A stretch of DNA of 57,269 nt, the filler included, from Globobulimina sp. (lineage: Eukaryota): NCBI GenBank assembly GCA_003354225.1. It is 5 parts of 5 records of this genome, joined end to end, with 100 filler letters (N's around TTAATTAATTAA, not from the genome) between each part and the next. Parts side by side here need not be neighbours in the genome. Positions count along the whole stretch, not along the records: positions 35,180 to 46,206 come from PIVH01000016.1; positions 46,307 to 57,269 come from PIVH01000017.1; 3 more parts are not named here. One strand, written 5' to 3'. The translations under genes and the position numbers were made by a program. Shown here piece after piece: positions 37,918 to 50,066 of the stretch. Each line of letters opens with the position of its first letter. The first letter of the stretch is position 1. The notes below the pieces were generated by a model, which saw only the letters and a program-made list of their open reading frames with translations, did not search any database and was not told the DNA's origin.

Positions 37918-39833
37918 ATGAATTATTCCCCAAATAACAATAATGCAGCTGTATCAATATGGTGTTGGCAGGATGATGATGGTGAATATAAACCATATCC
38001 ATTGAATATTTCACAAAAAATACATACATTGAATGTAGGTGGGATGTGCATGCTGATAATATCAAACATCCAGTATGAAATTAAAAGAGTGTCTGCTGAT
38101 GCTGCGGTCCAAACAAATATGAACGATGGACTTATTCGATTGGTTATTCTTCAAACTAATAACATTTCAAATACTAATTCTTCGAACTATCATTGGTATT
38201 GGCAATATAATAAATCCTATAAACCATTCAATGCGAATGACTCGAAGAAATTGGATAAATTAAGTGTTGGCGCTTCATATGCAATGTATATACGAGGCAC
38301 TAAATATGAAATTAGGAAAACATCCAACGATTCTGGCAAACAGACAAATACAAAGACTAACACTCAACGCAATATTTTTCGAAAAATAAAATCCAATGAT
38401 AATCAGTTATGTGCATTATATTATATTTATATGTAAGTTATGTTACAAAATTGCATGACACAGAACTGACAGAAGTACTAGTGATGATTATAAAAATGAG
38501 GCACAATGCGAGAATGTGTGGTGTTGGGATAATAATGGATCATATAAACCATATACAAAAGCTATATCACAAAAAGTAGACAAACTACAAATTGGACAGA
38601 GCTACACCACGAAATTTGGGAATGATAGTTATGAAATTACCAAAATAAGCAACACAAAGTGTCAACAAAAGAATATGAGGACACAATTTGCAAGAAATGT
38701 TACGCTCCAATCAGCACAAAATGATCAGGATACGGAAGATGATAAAGAGGAAAAGCAAGAGTTAATTGATTTTATTGATTTGTTGTTTAAAATAAATATT
38801 TGACAACACACAGAGTGGAAAGGTGGTATTGGAAAAACGATAATGGTGAATTCAAACAATGTGGGTATAATATATCAAAAACAATATGTGGATTGGCTGT
38901 GGGTGATATGAAAAAGATAAAAATCCAAAATAAATGGTATGAATTTAAGAAAACAGGCATTGATAAATGTGCTCAAACCAACAGTAAAACTGGTAAAATA
39001 AGAGAGGTTCGCGTGGCAGTCTATGGGTGGTATTATAAGGCTTCTGATGGTACGTTTATGTCATATACAGATGAAGTGAATAAACAGTTGGATTCCGCGT
39101 CAATTGGAGATACTGTCACATTCTCTGTAAATAAAAATAAATATTGTGTGACAAAAAAATCAAAGAACAGCGCTGAACAAAATAATATATCGAGTAACAA
39201 GAAACGAACCATTCTTCGACAATTGGCGCTGAATAAAGATGCTGGAAATCGGAATATTGTTCCTAAGGACAAAGTGGATGAATTATTCCATGCATCGGTA
39301 GCAAAATCCCATAACATCACAGAAGTGCAAGATTTAACCAAAAATAGTCAAAATTCAGTTATTTATGAAAAAATATTACAAGAAAAATGTAAGCATGGAC
39401 GTAAAAGAGAAAAGGTTGAAATGTATCTATGGCACGGAACTAAGGACTTAAGTAATTTAAAATTGATAATAAAAAATGGTTTTGATAGATCCTTCAATAA
39501 GGCAGCGGCATATGGCAAGGTGTGTTGATCCAATATATTATATAAAATTGTATAAAAGAGATACAATAAAAGGGGACTTATTTTGCGAAGGAGGCTAATT
39601 ATTCAGTATCGGGCGGGTATTGCGGTAAGGATTCATCGAATGTGCATCATATATTGTTATGTAAAGTAATTGTGGGCGATTATACTGTCGGGAGCAGTTC
39701 GACAAAATCAATTCCAACAAAGGCAGATGGCACAGAATATGAGACATTGGTGAATAGCAAAACAAATCCGACAATATTTGTGGTTTGGAGAGATTATCAT
39801 GCTGTTCCTTGTTATTTGGTGAAATATAAATAA
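37918..39833 (+). CDS. PARP-family mono-ADP-ribosyltransferase with five WWE domains, multi-exon
   Basis: Five 'WxW....YKPY...Q.N..T...R' units; 'YLWHGT', 'YGK|GTYFA' across intron 39520-39572, 'LCKVIVGDY', 'PTIFVV', 'PCYLVKY'. No catalytic Glu. Confidence 0.88.
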
Positions 39834-40102
39834 TAGTCTAATTATGTTTATCATTTTTGTAAATTCACATCGAAAGTTTTTTTTTATCCTTATTTCAATG
39901 TCACCTGCTCAACATTAGTATAATTAACAACATTTAATACCATCTACGACTATTCAATCCAACAATGATTGTTTACTTGTCGTTGAAACAAATAATTTTG
40001 AACCAAATCGCTGTCCTAATTCGTAAAGTTTAGCGATATATACACACATTTTAAAAAGCACAATCAAAAATAAAAATAATCTAAAAAGCAATCTGATAAA
40101 AG

Positions 40103-41826
40103 CAATGACGATCCCGAACGATTACTACGCCGTTTAAATTACCTCCAACAAGCTTTAGAACAGGTGATCTTATATTAAACCTCACGCAAATTCGCATACA
40201 AACCACAACGGCAACATATAACAAACCAAACAGATAAAATCATATCAACACAATTCCAACTTTCAATACGTAATAAAACATTTTAACATTGAATTAAGCG
40301 AATCAGAACAAGAAGAAATGCGTCAATTATCCCATTTATTCGATGATAGTAAATTCCAATCCGCGCATAACAAAAACAAAGGAAACGAGAAATCAGGTTT
40401 TACCACACAACGAAGTGAGACTTTATTCACTGGCGCCGCTGAAGAACAATACGGCAATTTCTACGGCTCTGACAACGACATTGACGACGAGAAAACGCCT
40501 CGAAATAATGCCGCCCTCTCTGCGCCACAATGGATACATTATAAAGGCTTTGCCCATTGGTTAAAAAAACAGTCCTTCATCAAATTTAAAAAAAGAAACG
40601 ACATTGAAAAATATAGAAAGATATGGAACACCGTGTTGGGATTAAATTTAATTAACCAATGGGATAAAGGCAAAATAAAACCGATGAATATCATTGGAGT
40701 TTAGTGTGCTTTTCATGTTTTTTATATGTGCTTTACTTTGACTTTAACCGTATGATAACACACAATATACACATAGCGATATGGTACGATTCAGCCATAC
40801 ATAGCCGTCCATAAATGCGGCAGCAAAGAAATCGTCAAAGCTTCGTTATTACGCTTATCGATTACACAGAACCGGATATTTAAATTTAACGTCGACACCG
40901 CCAATATGGACACCACTGCGGCCACCAAAAGCAGAGCGCGGAGGAGCATCGATATGGACGTCGACAATGAGAACGAGGACGAATATAACGGCGGATATAC
41001 ACTATCGGCGAACGAGTTAATTCAAGGACGCAATTTGTTTGATTTAGTAAGCAACAAAGACGTGTTACGTATCGTAGCCACTATGCTATGGGACACCAAT
41101 TTGGCCAACAATGTGTTAGAAGAGTTATTGCATAATCCGCGCTTTTCTATGTACGGCATCCATGCGGATAAGATCGCCGATACCATCGCAAAAGAGATGC
41201 GTTTAAATTATAGCTATGACAACGAAGAAACACCGGTGACGCCGCCCAATAATATGAATGTGAATGCGACTGCCACTGAGAGCGTGGAGCAGTTTGCCTT
41301 GCCGTCGCCGCAAAGAGCTGTGTCGTTACAGAAACAAAAGGAAATCAATCAAAATGTGAATTATAGCAAAGGGCCATCTGTTGCTGGCGGCGGAGGCGGA
41401 CAAGTATACAGTCCGCAGTTTGAAGACAATAACGATAATAATGATAATAGTTATAAACCTAATAATGCTCCAAATGCCTTTTCATTTCAGCGACCAAATA
41501 CTAATAATGATAATAATAAAAAAAATACTAAAAAAACAGCCAGCGACCATGCCCGCTATGAGCAGCAGAAGTATATGCAATCTGTGCCGGAGCAGGAGCC
41601 GACGCCCAGCCCTGATCCGCATGACTCGGCCGATGCCAATGAGCATAAACCACATCACAAAGCACATTCGGCTTCGGTGGTTTTTCATGATAATATTCGC
41701 GATTCGGAGATTAATGACTATGGCGCACATAATAATGAGTATGATTCACATGATGCCTATGGCGATGATGATGAATCCGTGTCCAATTCTGCTGAAATGC
41801 CCCAACAGTATGTACAGTACACGTGA
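40103..41826 (+). CDS. Hypothetical multi-exon protein
   Basis: Co-oriented ORFs 40318-40704 and 40906-41826 with GT-AG-bounded AT-rich gaps; start uncertain. Confidence 0.5.
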
Positions 41827-42285
41827 TACATTGATACATTATAAAAATGCATTGAATCATACATTTTTTGTATATAAAAAACATATAAATTAACATTTAC
41901 AGTCGTTGAGAGAGACAGAGATATTTGAAAGGAGTGTGACCACAAAATATTTGAAACATTTTCAATTATTCTGATCGCTTTGTTTTGTGTGTTTTTGATT
42001 GTTGAAAACGTTTTTCTTTTGCTTTTATTTATTTTCTTCTCTTTTATATTTATTTTTTTTGTTATATTTTGTTTGGACTCTATTATATTTCTTCAGTTAT
42101 GTAATGCGATTTTGTTGATGTTCGTGATATTATTTCGGATTTTGTTTGCATATTAAAATGACTGTAAATGCTAATTTCTTCCTTTTTATGAGAGATCAAA
42201 AAAATAATCAACAAAAAGTATGAGCGAATAAACAAATGTTTGATTATGTTCCTTTTTTTTTTCTTTTCATCACGATGAAATTTTT

Positions 42286-43374
42286 TTGTCTCTCAAAAGG
42301 CAGATTTGTAACAATTTCTGTTTGATTCAATCATCTCAATGCTCTCTAAACATAATATCTGAAACGTTTTTGTTTTATGTGTTCAGTCCTGAAACAAACG
42401 CTAACATTGGCTTTGGTAGACAGCAAGAATCAACCTTTGATGATGCCTCCTCTCCATCCAATAACAGTCAAAATAGCGTTGAATCCTTTTTAATGACAAA
42501 TAAAAATGCATTACCTAGCAACGAAGATAAACGACCATCCACCGATTTGACAATGTTTGATAAAAACATTTCAACGGAGTTTACTGCCGCTGGGCTTTAT
42601 GAAAATGCTGATACAAAGGACGAAGAAATGAAAGCAGGGCTTAAAAGGAAAAAGTCAGTGCTGGAAAGAACCTCGTTTTTAAAACGCGATTTTACAAATA
42701 TGAAAGAGACGCAGCAATGGAATAAAGTCACGAAACATTTAAATGTCATATTTAACAGCACAGTGTCCAGCGCATTAAAAGAGTATGCGATCGAGGAAGA
42801 GTTTGACTTCCAAGCGATTTTGGATGATATCGAAGATTATCCGCAAGAGCCGGACGATTCCAATATTATGGAATATATGCAACAGGAATTTAGTTGGAAT
42901 AAGAGAGAGTGTGATAAATTTTTTAGAACCTTAAAAAGAATATTGATGGATAGGAAGGCCTCGCGAAGGACCAGTTCTTTAGTGCAAATATTAGGATTTA
43001 ACCTAACGGATTCGAGCCGTGATCCAAATGCTAATCAGTTGCAAAGTGGTGATATGGATAAATCAGAGAATGAGAGTACAAGTTCTAATAAGATGTATAT
43101 CAACGATTTTAATGAGAAATGGTCGGATGGAGTGGTGCAAAAATTGCAGAAATATTGTGTCGAGGAAGAGTATGATATAGAAGCCATTGCAGAGGATTTA
43201 GAAACTTTTGAAGAAGAAAACTCAATGATTGTTGACGAAATTGCAAAACAGTATGATTGGGATGATCATACTTCGAAAGTGTTTGTCGATGATTTACGCA
43301 GATTAATATCAACGGATCCACAACAGGCAAAAATACAGCTGAGTTTGGTAGAGGATGAATATGAGAGTGATTGA
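42286..43374 (+). CDS. Hypothetical protein with a duplicated ~58-aa acidic helical domain
   Basis: 'LKEYAIEEEFDFQAILDDIE..SNI..W..F..LKRI' versus 'LQKYCVEEEYDIEAIAEDLE..SMI..W..F..LRRL'. Start uncertain. Confidence 0.65.
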   Translation: MSLKRQICNNFCLIQSSQCSLNIISETFLFYVFSPETNANIGFGRQQESTFDDASSPSNNSQNSVESFLMTNKNALPSNEDKRPSTDLTMFDKNISTEFTAAGLYENADTKDEEMKAGLKRKKSVLERTSFLKRDFTNMKETQQWNKVTKHLNVIFNSTVSSALKEYAIEEEFDFQAILDDIEDYPQEPDDSNIMEYMQQEFSWNKRECDKFFRTLKRILMDRKASRRTSSLVQILGFNLTDSSRDPNANQLQSGDMDKSENESTSSNKMYINDFNEKWSDGVVQKLQKYCVEEEYDIEAIAEDLETFEEENSMIVDEIAKQYDWDDHTSKVFVDDLRRLISTDPQQAKIQLSLVEDEYESD

Positions 43375-43675
43375 ACTGAAGCCATGTGTGTTTTGTGAAT
43401 TGTATGAAATTGAAAATTAATCAATCTAAATTTTTTGTTCAGTCTGTGTAAATTTGTGTATACCAAATCTATATTCACGATCGATGCTGTTATAATATTT
43501 TACCAACATTCAACTGTGAGATAAGATAACGTTTCTGTGATTTATTAATATAAAAGTGTGAGGTAAAAACTGTTTACACCAAAACAACACCATCCCTTCG
43601 TATTTAATTGTATTTGTAACAACAAACTGTCAATAAAAGGCACACAATCAACATAGTGAACATAATTAACACACA

Positions 43676-45371
43676 ATGAGTGCACGAACAAAGAAGCAGA
43701 AGAAGAAGAGTCGTAAAAGACGTCGAGAAGAGGCAATGGATGTCGATGTCGATGTGAGTGTAATAGATCAATTAAAAGGATTAGGATTTACCCAACAACA
43801 AATCAATGATGTTTTCAAAGACATCGATGATGCGGACCGTGCTGCTCAATTTGATACGGCATTGGAATTATTATTAGCAAACAACGAACAAAACAACAAT
43901 AACAACAACAACAATAATCTGAACCCACCACCATCGCCCCCAAACAAACGACGCCGAATCGACGATATCATTGATCTGGATCCGGATGATATGGATGCAA
44001 ATAATACCTCTGAGGAAGAGAAAAAATCGCAAAATGACTCGAGCTCAAAAAAAACGAATCTCGAAATGAAAGAGGAAGCATTTAATAAACAGAAACAAGA
44101 AATGGAAAAACACGAAAATGAATTCAAAGCTTGGGAAGCACAACAAATTACATTATCTAAATCGTTAAACGAACTCCGTGATAATATAAACAATTTATAC
44201 TCCAAAAGACCTGTCATCACAGAAAAGGAAGACGACGTCGCAAAATTGAAAGGCATCATCGACTATGCTTATAATGCTATGAAACAACACTTAGATTTTT
44301 GTAACAAACGAGTGGACGATGAATTTGTGAGGAAAGAAAGCAAAAAACAAAAATTAGATAACGAACGCTTTTCGTTTGAACAGAGTTTAAATGAATTTGA
44401 ATCGCACAAATACGCCTTACAATTAATGCAAAATCAAGTTAAATCGGGTACCAATGTGATGAGTTTGGTGGAGCGCAATTTATTCATTGTCGCCTCCGCC
44501 ATCAATGGCAATCAAGAAAACGTCGATAATGACCATTTTAAACAGTTAAACCGAAAAATCAAAGCAGTGCAAAACAATTCCAATTCAAAGGAAGAAAAAA
44601 ACGACGAAAAGATAGAGTTTGAGTGCGGCATTTGTTTCATGGGTCAGCTTCTCTCCATTTTAGTGTTTATTCAATGTGCAATGTATAAAATATATACAGG
44701 TTACAGTGAGTTATCGGACATATTGATATTTGACGAATGTTACCATTATTATTGCATGGAGTGTCTCGGCGGATGGTTGACGGCAAAATTGCAGGATAGA
44801 AATGTGAAAAATATCACCTGTCCTTTCGAGAAATGTTCGCATAAATTGCGACATCAAGAAATCAGTTATATTTTAAGCAAGGAAGAGTTCAAGAAGTTTG
44901 ATGAATATTTGCTGGATAAAACCTTGCAATCGGCCAAAGATTGCAGGTTTTGCCCGGGTGTGGATTGTGGAACAGCCATGTTTGGCTATCAAGACTCGCC
45001 AATGTTAACCTGCCCGAAATGTAAAAAGCAGTTTTGTTTTAATTGTGGTACCGAAGAATGGCATAAAGGCGTAACTTGTTCGTGATTATATTGATATATT
45101 TGTGTATTATGCAGTGTATACAGTGCAAATTGTTTGTGTTTGTACATAGGCGAAGCGTTTAGGAAATGGAAGGAAGAGAATGGAAAAGTGGATGTGAAAT
45201 TTGATGAGTGGGTCAAGGGCCAAAATGCGAAGCAATGCTCGCAGTGTAACTCTATGATTGAGAAGAATGGGGGTTGTGATCACATGACTTGCCAGAATTG
45301 TAAGTATGAATTCCATTGGGTCACAGGCGAGAAATGGAAGGGATATCAACATCCATATAATGTGCCGCAGA

Positions 45372-45408
<37 letters not shown>

Positions 45409-45866
45409 GGGTCGCGGACGCGGACGGATAAGGGCGAGAGCAAGAGGTAGGAGAAGACGTTAAATCTATTATATATTATATACTGTATTGTATATTATGT
45501 CTATTTTAATTGTCTCTTTTCTCTCTGCTTCATTCGGTTGGTTATATTTAAATTGATTTTTTTTTTGACGCAAAAGATGCAATTTTACAAAATATGCGAC
45601 CGCTACCTAATAACAACAATAATAATAATAATAATGTTAATTTAAATCTACAACAATTCGAATTGCAACAACTTCATCAGCAACAAATGCAAAATAATCA
45701 ACAACAAATTCATCGTCAACAATTGCAACAAGCATTACAACAACAACAAAATTGGGTTTTTAATCCAGAAATTCCTTTTACTTTCAATCAACGTTTTCCA
45801 CCTCGGCCTCAGCCACAACCACCACACAATCCGCAACCATTTAATATGTTTTTTAATTTTAGATAA
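43676..45866 (+). CDS. RBR (RING1-IBR-RING2) E3 ubiquitin ligase with UBA-like N-terminus, GR repeat and Q/N-rich tail
   Basis: 'QLKGLGF..ALELLL', 'CGICF..CYHYYC..C', IBR 'FCPGVDC..CPKC..FCFNC..WH..TC', RING2 'IEKNGGCDHMTC'. Phase-1 intron 45447-45576 joins ORF 45594-45866. Confidence 0.85.
45372..45427 (+). repeat. (GAGGAC)n coding hexamer repeat encoding Gly-Arg
   Basis: Direct reading, about 9 GR dipeptides. Confidence 0.9.
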
Positions 45867-46206
45867 ATTTTGTTTTTTTTATGCCTTTTATCATACTATT
45901 TTTAAATGTTTTAACACTTTTATAGATCTAGAATAACCTCTTCCTTTTTCATAGAGCAATTAAATCATCGATTTAAATGACAAACGAATTTATTTCGATA
46001 CTTTATTGCAAAAAACCTTAATTTACTTTATTACGGATTTCGAATTGATTTACCATTTTTTTTTGTATCAAAAGTTGCAAAAGTAAAAATATGATGAAAT
46101 GTTAAAATGTATGGAAATCATGAAAAACTGTCAAAATTATAATAGATGCAAATAAGTGACTAACTTTTTTTTTTTTTTTTAATGGCACAAAAAGTTTTTC
46201 GTTCTT

Positions 46207-46306
46207 NNNNNNNNNNNNNNNNNNNNNNNNNNNNNNNNNNNNNNNNNNNNTTAATTAATTAANNNNNNNNNNNNNNNNNNNNNNNNNNNNNNNNNNNNNN
46301 NNNNNN
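46207..46306. other. Artificial contig linker
   Basis: N44-TTAATTAATTAA-N44. Confidence 0.97.
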
Positions 46307-47223
46307 TATAATATATTACCACCCAATAAGTCACTATGTGTAAACACAAAATCAAACATAAAATTAAATGCAATTTTATTCGACTTATTTGCTAAATGTT
46401 GTTCCACCATTTTTTTTGTGCCATCCGCTTGTTGTTTAATAATAAAATCAAATAATTTATCCACATTATTGTTATTTTTATTCGAGGGCAAAAACGATTG
46501 CATAATATCCATTTGTTTGGGTATATTGAGCCAATTTAGCTGTTGATATTGTTTTTGTTTATCAGAGTTGTCTTTGAATTCGATATTGGATGCAATATTA
46601 TACCATTTATCCATTGTTGGCCATAATAAAGACTGCGAGCTTTCATTTTTTAATAATAATGGCTGTGTACTATGCATTTCAGCCAATGTGGCACAGACTT
46701 TCTTGCAATGTTTCCGTTCATGTAATTGCAGAGTAAGTGCGTTATCATACCATTGTTCAATGCGGCCATTACCAAATATGCCATATAATTTTGGGCCGAA
46801 TGCTAAGTTTCCTAATTCATAAAATAATTTCTCTTCGCGATCTCTGTCAATCAAAACTTCGGTGTTTTCTCCGTAAACACGAACTAATAATTTCTTGCAT
46901 GCTTTTTGTGCATCATTTGCTTTGTTGTCGTCATTGCTTTTCATCTCAATATTTTTGGGCGTCATTAAATACAATAAATTGGTAATTCCACCTTTAATTA
47001 CAGACAATGAATAGTTCGATTTGGAGACATCTGTATCATTGTTATATTGTTCATTGTTTAAAGGGAATAAATGATTTGCCACATAATGTATATCTTTTAT
47101 TAATTGATGTTTATCTTTATAATCTATTTTGAATTTCGTTTGTTGCGCAAGGTCACTTAAGTCATTTACAACTGGTGGTATTTCATTTGTTTTCGACTCT
47201 TCACAATCTGTCTTCTGTGCCAT
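46307..47223 (-). CDS. Choline/ethanolamine kinase, 3' truncated
   Basis: 'GGITNLLY', 'LVRVYGENTEVLIDRDRE', 'GPKLYGIFGNGRIE', Brenner motif 'HSDLLGGNIL'. Confidence 0.9.
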
Positions 47224-47273
47224 TAGAATCTGGCGTTACCAATCAAAAACTCAAAGTTAGTCAGAGCGGTGTA

Positions 47274-49407
47274 ATGGCGTCGTGCCAGTGGACAAGTTTT
47301 ATATCAACACGCACACAAAATATCTTTCGTAACTTCTTTTCATGGCTTGGAGAGAAAATATATGTACATTACTGTTGGTTCATTGCAAGTGGCTTATTAT
47401 TAACGCTCATTTGTGGTGCTATTGGAGGCAGCTATTTCTTACTTGTGTGCCCAGATACGAACTGCATTGAAAATCGTTCGTACCATTTATGGATACCACG
47501 CAATGCCAAAGTATGGGATGAATATAGCACAATTATTGATCAATTTGGGTCATACCCATCAATCTTAGCGTTGCTATTAACAACAACGAAAAACGGTGAT
47601 TCTATCCTAACGCCATCAAACATGGACACAGCATATGATATATTGCATCATGTCAATGACATCACACTCGACTACGATGCAGATAAATATCAATTTGATT
47701 ATGATTCGCTGTGCTTACGCTCATATCCAACCGCTCCATTTTGCACATCTGCATACGAGAATTTCTTTGGGTTTATCTTTGGAGCAAACGCGATGTTGTG
47801 GGACAATGAAAGCACCATAGAACAATTTGTCAATGTTCCCACAGCTCCGATTGAATTTTTTTTGGGCGGATTTGAGTATGGCGACCTTGATAAGGACTAT
47901 ATTGTTGGTGCGAAAGCATTGCGTTTAGCGTATGCTTTGGAAGGGAGTACCAATGAGACAGTGCGTGAGATAGTATATGGATTTATGGGGAAATGGTTGG
48001 ATTATTGGCACGAACATGTGGATGATTATGCAGATGATATACAAATTGTATACTATGCAGATAGATCCTTTGATGATGAAATATCGCGTGTGGTCATAGG
48101 GGATTTGCCAATATTTGTAGCGGCTTTGTTTACGATGGGGATCTATTTAATGTTTACATTGGGTAAATTAACTTGTGTGGCAGCGAGACCCTGGTTGGCT
48201 TTGACCTGCATAGCTACTATGATTTGTGCGTTAATTGTTGGTTTCAGCATATCGCTGGTTATAGGCACTACATTCAATACGGTTGTGATGGTGGTGCCAT
48301 TTGTATGTCAATCTATTAACATTTTGACATTTTAAACTGTATATTGGACCACATATTTGTCAATAAATTATAAGGTATTGCTCGGAGGTATGGATATAAT
48401 GCATATTTAAATTACATTTGTTTATGAATATAAATATATTAATATTGTTTAGTTGGCGTGGACGATATGATTATTTTAGTGGATGCTTACAGTAAAACTA
48501 AAATGCCGGATGATGATATATTGAATGCACACAAACGTTTAGGAAACGCATTGGCTTCGAGCGGATTATCAATCTCATTGACTTCAATCTGTTCATCCAT
48601 GGCTTTTTTTGTCGGCTCTGGTATGTTATTCCCGCAGTGATATTTGTGCAAATCTAGAATATATTCGACAGCAACGGACATTCCCGGCATTAGCTCGATG
48701 ATGGTCTATGCGGCATGGTCCTTTGTAGCAAATTATGTGTTACAGTTTTTGTTATTTGTGCCGTTAATGGTGATGGACGAGAACCGGATGAGGAAAAGAA
48801 AAAATTGTTGTTGTCCCTGTGTGTGTATTCATGCTGAAGTCGCGGATAATAATGAGAGCAAAAAATGGAATGACTGGTGCAACGTCGAACAATTAGTCCA
48901 ATATACATTGGTACCATTGATGCGGAAGAGAGTATTTCGAATTGCAATTATATTATTTTTCTGTACGACATTTATTAGCTCAATATACGTGGCCCAGTTT
49001 CTGAACACAGCCTCTGATGTTTCTAAAATAGTCCCGGACGATTCCTACGTATTAGATTATTTGGAGAAAGCACAAACTATTTTTACCGGTACTCATGTGG
49101 GTGAGTTACAAATCATTATCCAAAATCAAGATTTTTCTGACAAACAAGTAAGAGACGCTATTGTGTCTATGATGGCTGCATTGGAGGCAGAGCCTGACGC
49201 GTTGGGAACGACTACGAATTGGTTGGGAGATTTTGAAGCTTGGTTACAAATTAATGGTGAAAATGTCGATGATTTAGGATCTAGTGAGTTTTATGCGCAC
49301 TTAACGCACTTTGCAAATGATTCAATAAATGCTGTCTGGCATTCAGAAATAGTGTATGATGATGTTACTAATCCGACGCTGATCAAATCCACACGATTTG
49401 AACTAAA
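47274..49407 (+). CDS. Patched/NPC1-like sterol-sensing-domain protein, multi-exon, interrupted by the retrotransposon
   Basis: 'RSFDDEISR', 'RPWLAL', 'GVDDMIILV', 'SGLSISLTS', 'IPGISS', 'PDDSYVLDY'; donor AAA|GTACGT at 49408. Confidence 0.85.
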
Positions 49408-49451
49408 GTACGTCCAACATTGCTTGTCAAATATATATTATATTCATTATG

Positions 49452-49634
49452 ATTATAATTTAACTAACAAAAGGTGCAAGAAGTACAGTAAAATAATATT
49501 AATTTAATTTAGTTTATAATGGGTCAGTTACAGCAGTTTTAGAACAAACGGGAAAACAATATAATATTATAAAATAATATTAATTGAAACAGATGGAATA
49601 GAATTGAATACAAAGAAAACTATTTCATTAATCC
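49452..49634 (-). repeat. Split direct repeat B2
   Basis: 183 bp matching 49782-49965 with one indel and one substitution. Confidence 0.95.
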
Positions 49635-49653
49635 TTTGGGTGTGGAGGGTGGG

Positions 49654-49781
49654 AGTAAAAGGATTGACGAAGGAGAGTGAAGTAAAGTGACTAAAGATAA
49701 AATAATGTAAGATAATAGAAACACTTTCTAAAGTTAAGAATCATAACACTGCGTTTTATATGTAAACAAATAAAACTCCGA
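49654..49781 (-). repeat. Split direct repeat A2
   Basis: 49654-49751 identical to 57172-57269 (98 bp); the remainder is presumed to match beyond the window. Confidence 0.9.
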
Positions 49782-49965
49782 ATTATAATTTAACTAACAA
49801 AAGGTGCAAGAAGTACAGTAAAATAATATTAATTTAATTTAGTTTATAATGGGTCAGTTACAGCAGTTTTTAGAACAAACGGGAAAACAATATAATATTA
49901 TAAAATAATATTAATTGAAACAGATGGAATAGAATTGAATACAAAGAAATCTATTTCATTAATCC
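49782..49965 (-). repeat. Split direct repeat B1
   Basis: Copy of 49452-49634. Confidence 0.95.
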
Positions 49966-50066
49966 CCATTTGCCCGCGTGTAACGGCTCAAACTTTTAAT
50001 GGCGCCTCGAATGTAAGAAAGTTTGTGGAGGCAAATCATTGATTGGTAGTGAGTGTAGCAATTTAT

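Noticed and set aside
12171-46306. Recurring TTAATTAATTAA palindrome and any gene neighbourhood across the N gaps
   Set aside because: Identical 100-bp artificial linkers; contig lengths decrease monotonically (12170, 11631, 11078, 11027, 10963), consistent with size-sorted unlinked contigs.
49452-49965. Repeats as LTRs, a CRISPR array or a tandem duplication error
   Set aside because: Layout fits split direct repeats; only two copies each, no spacer array or cas genes.
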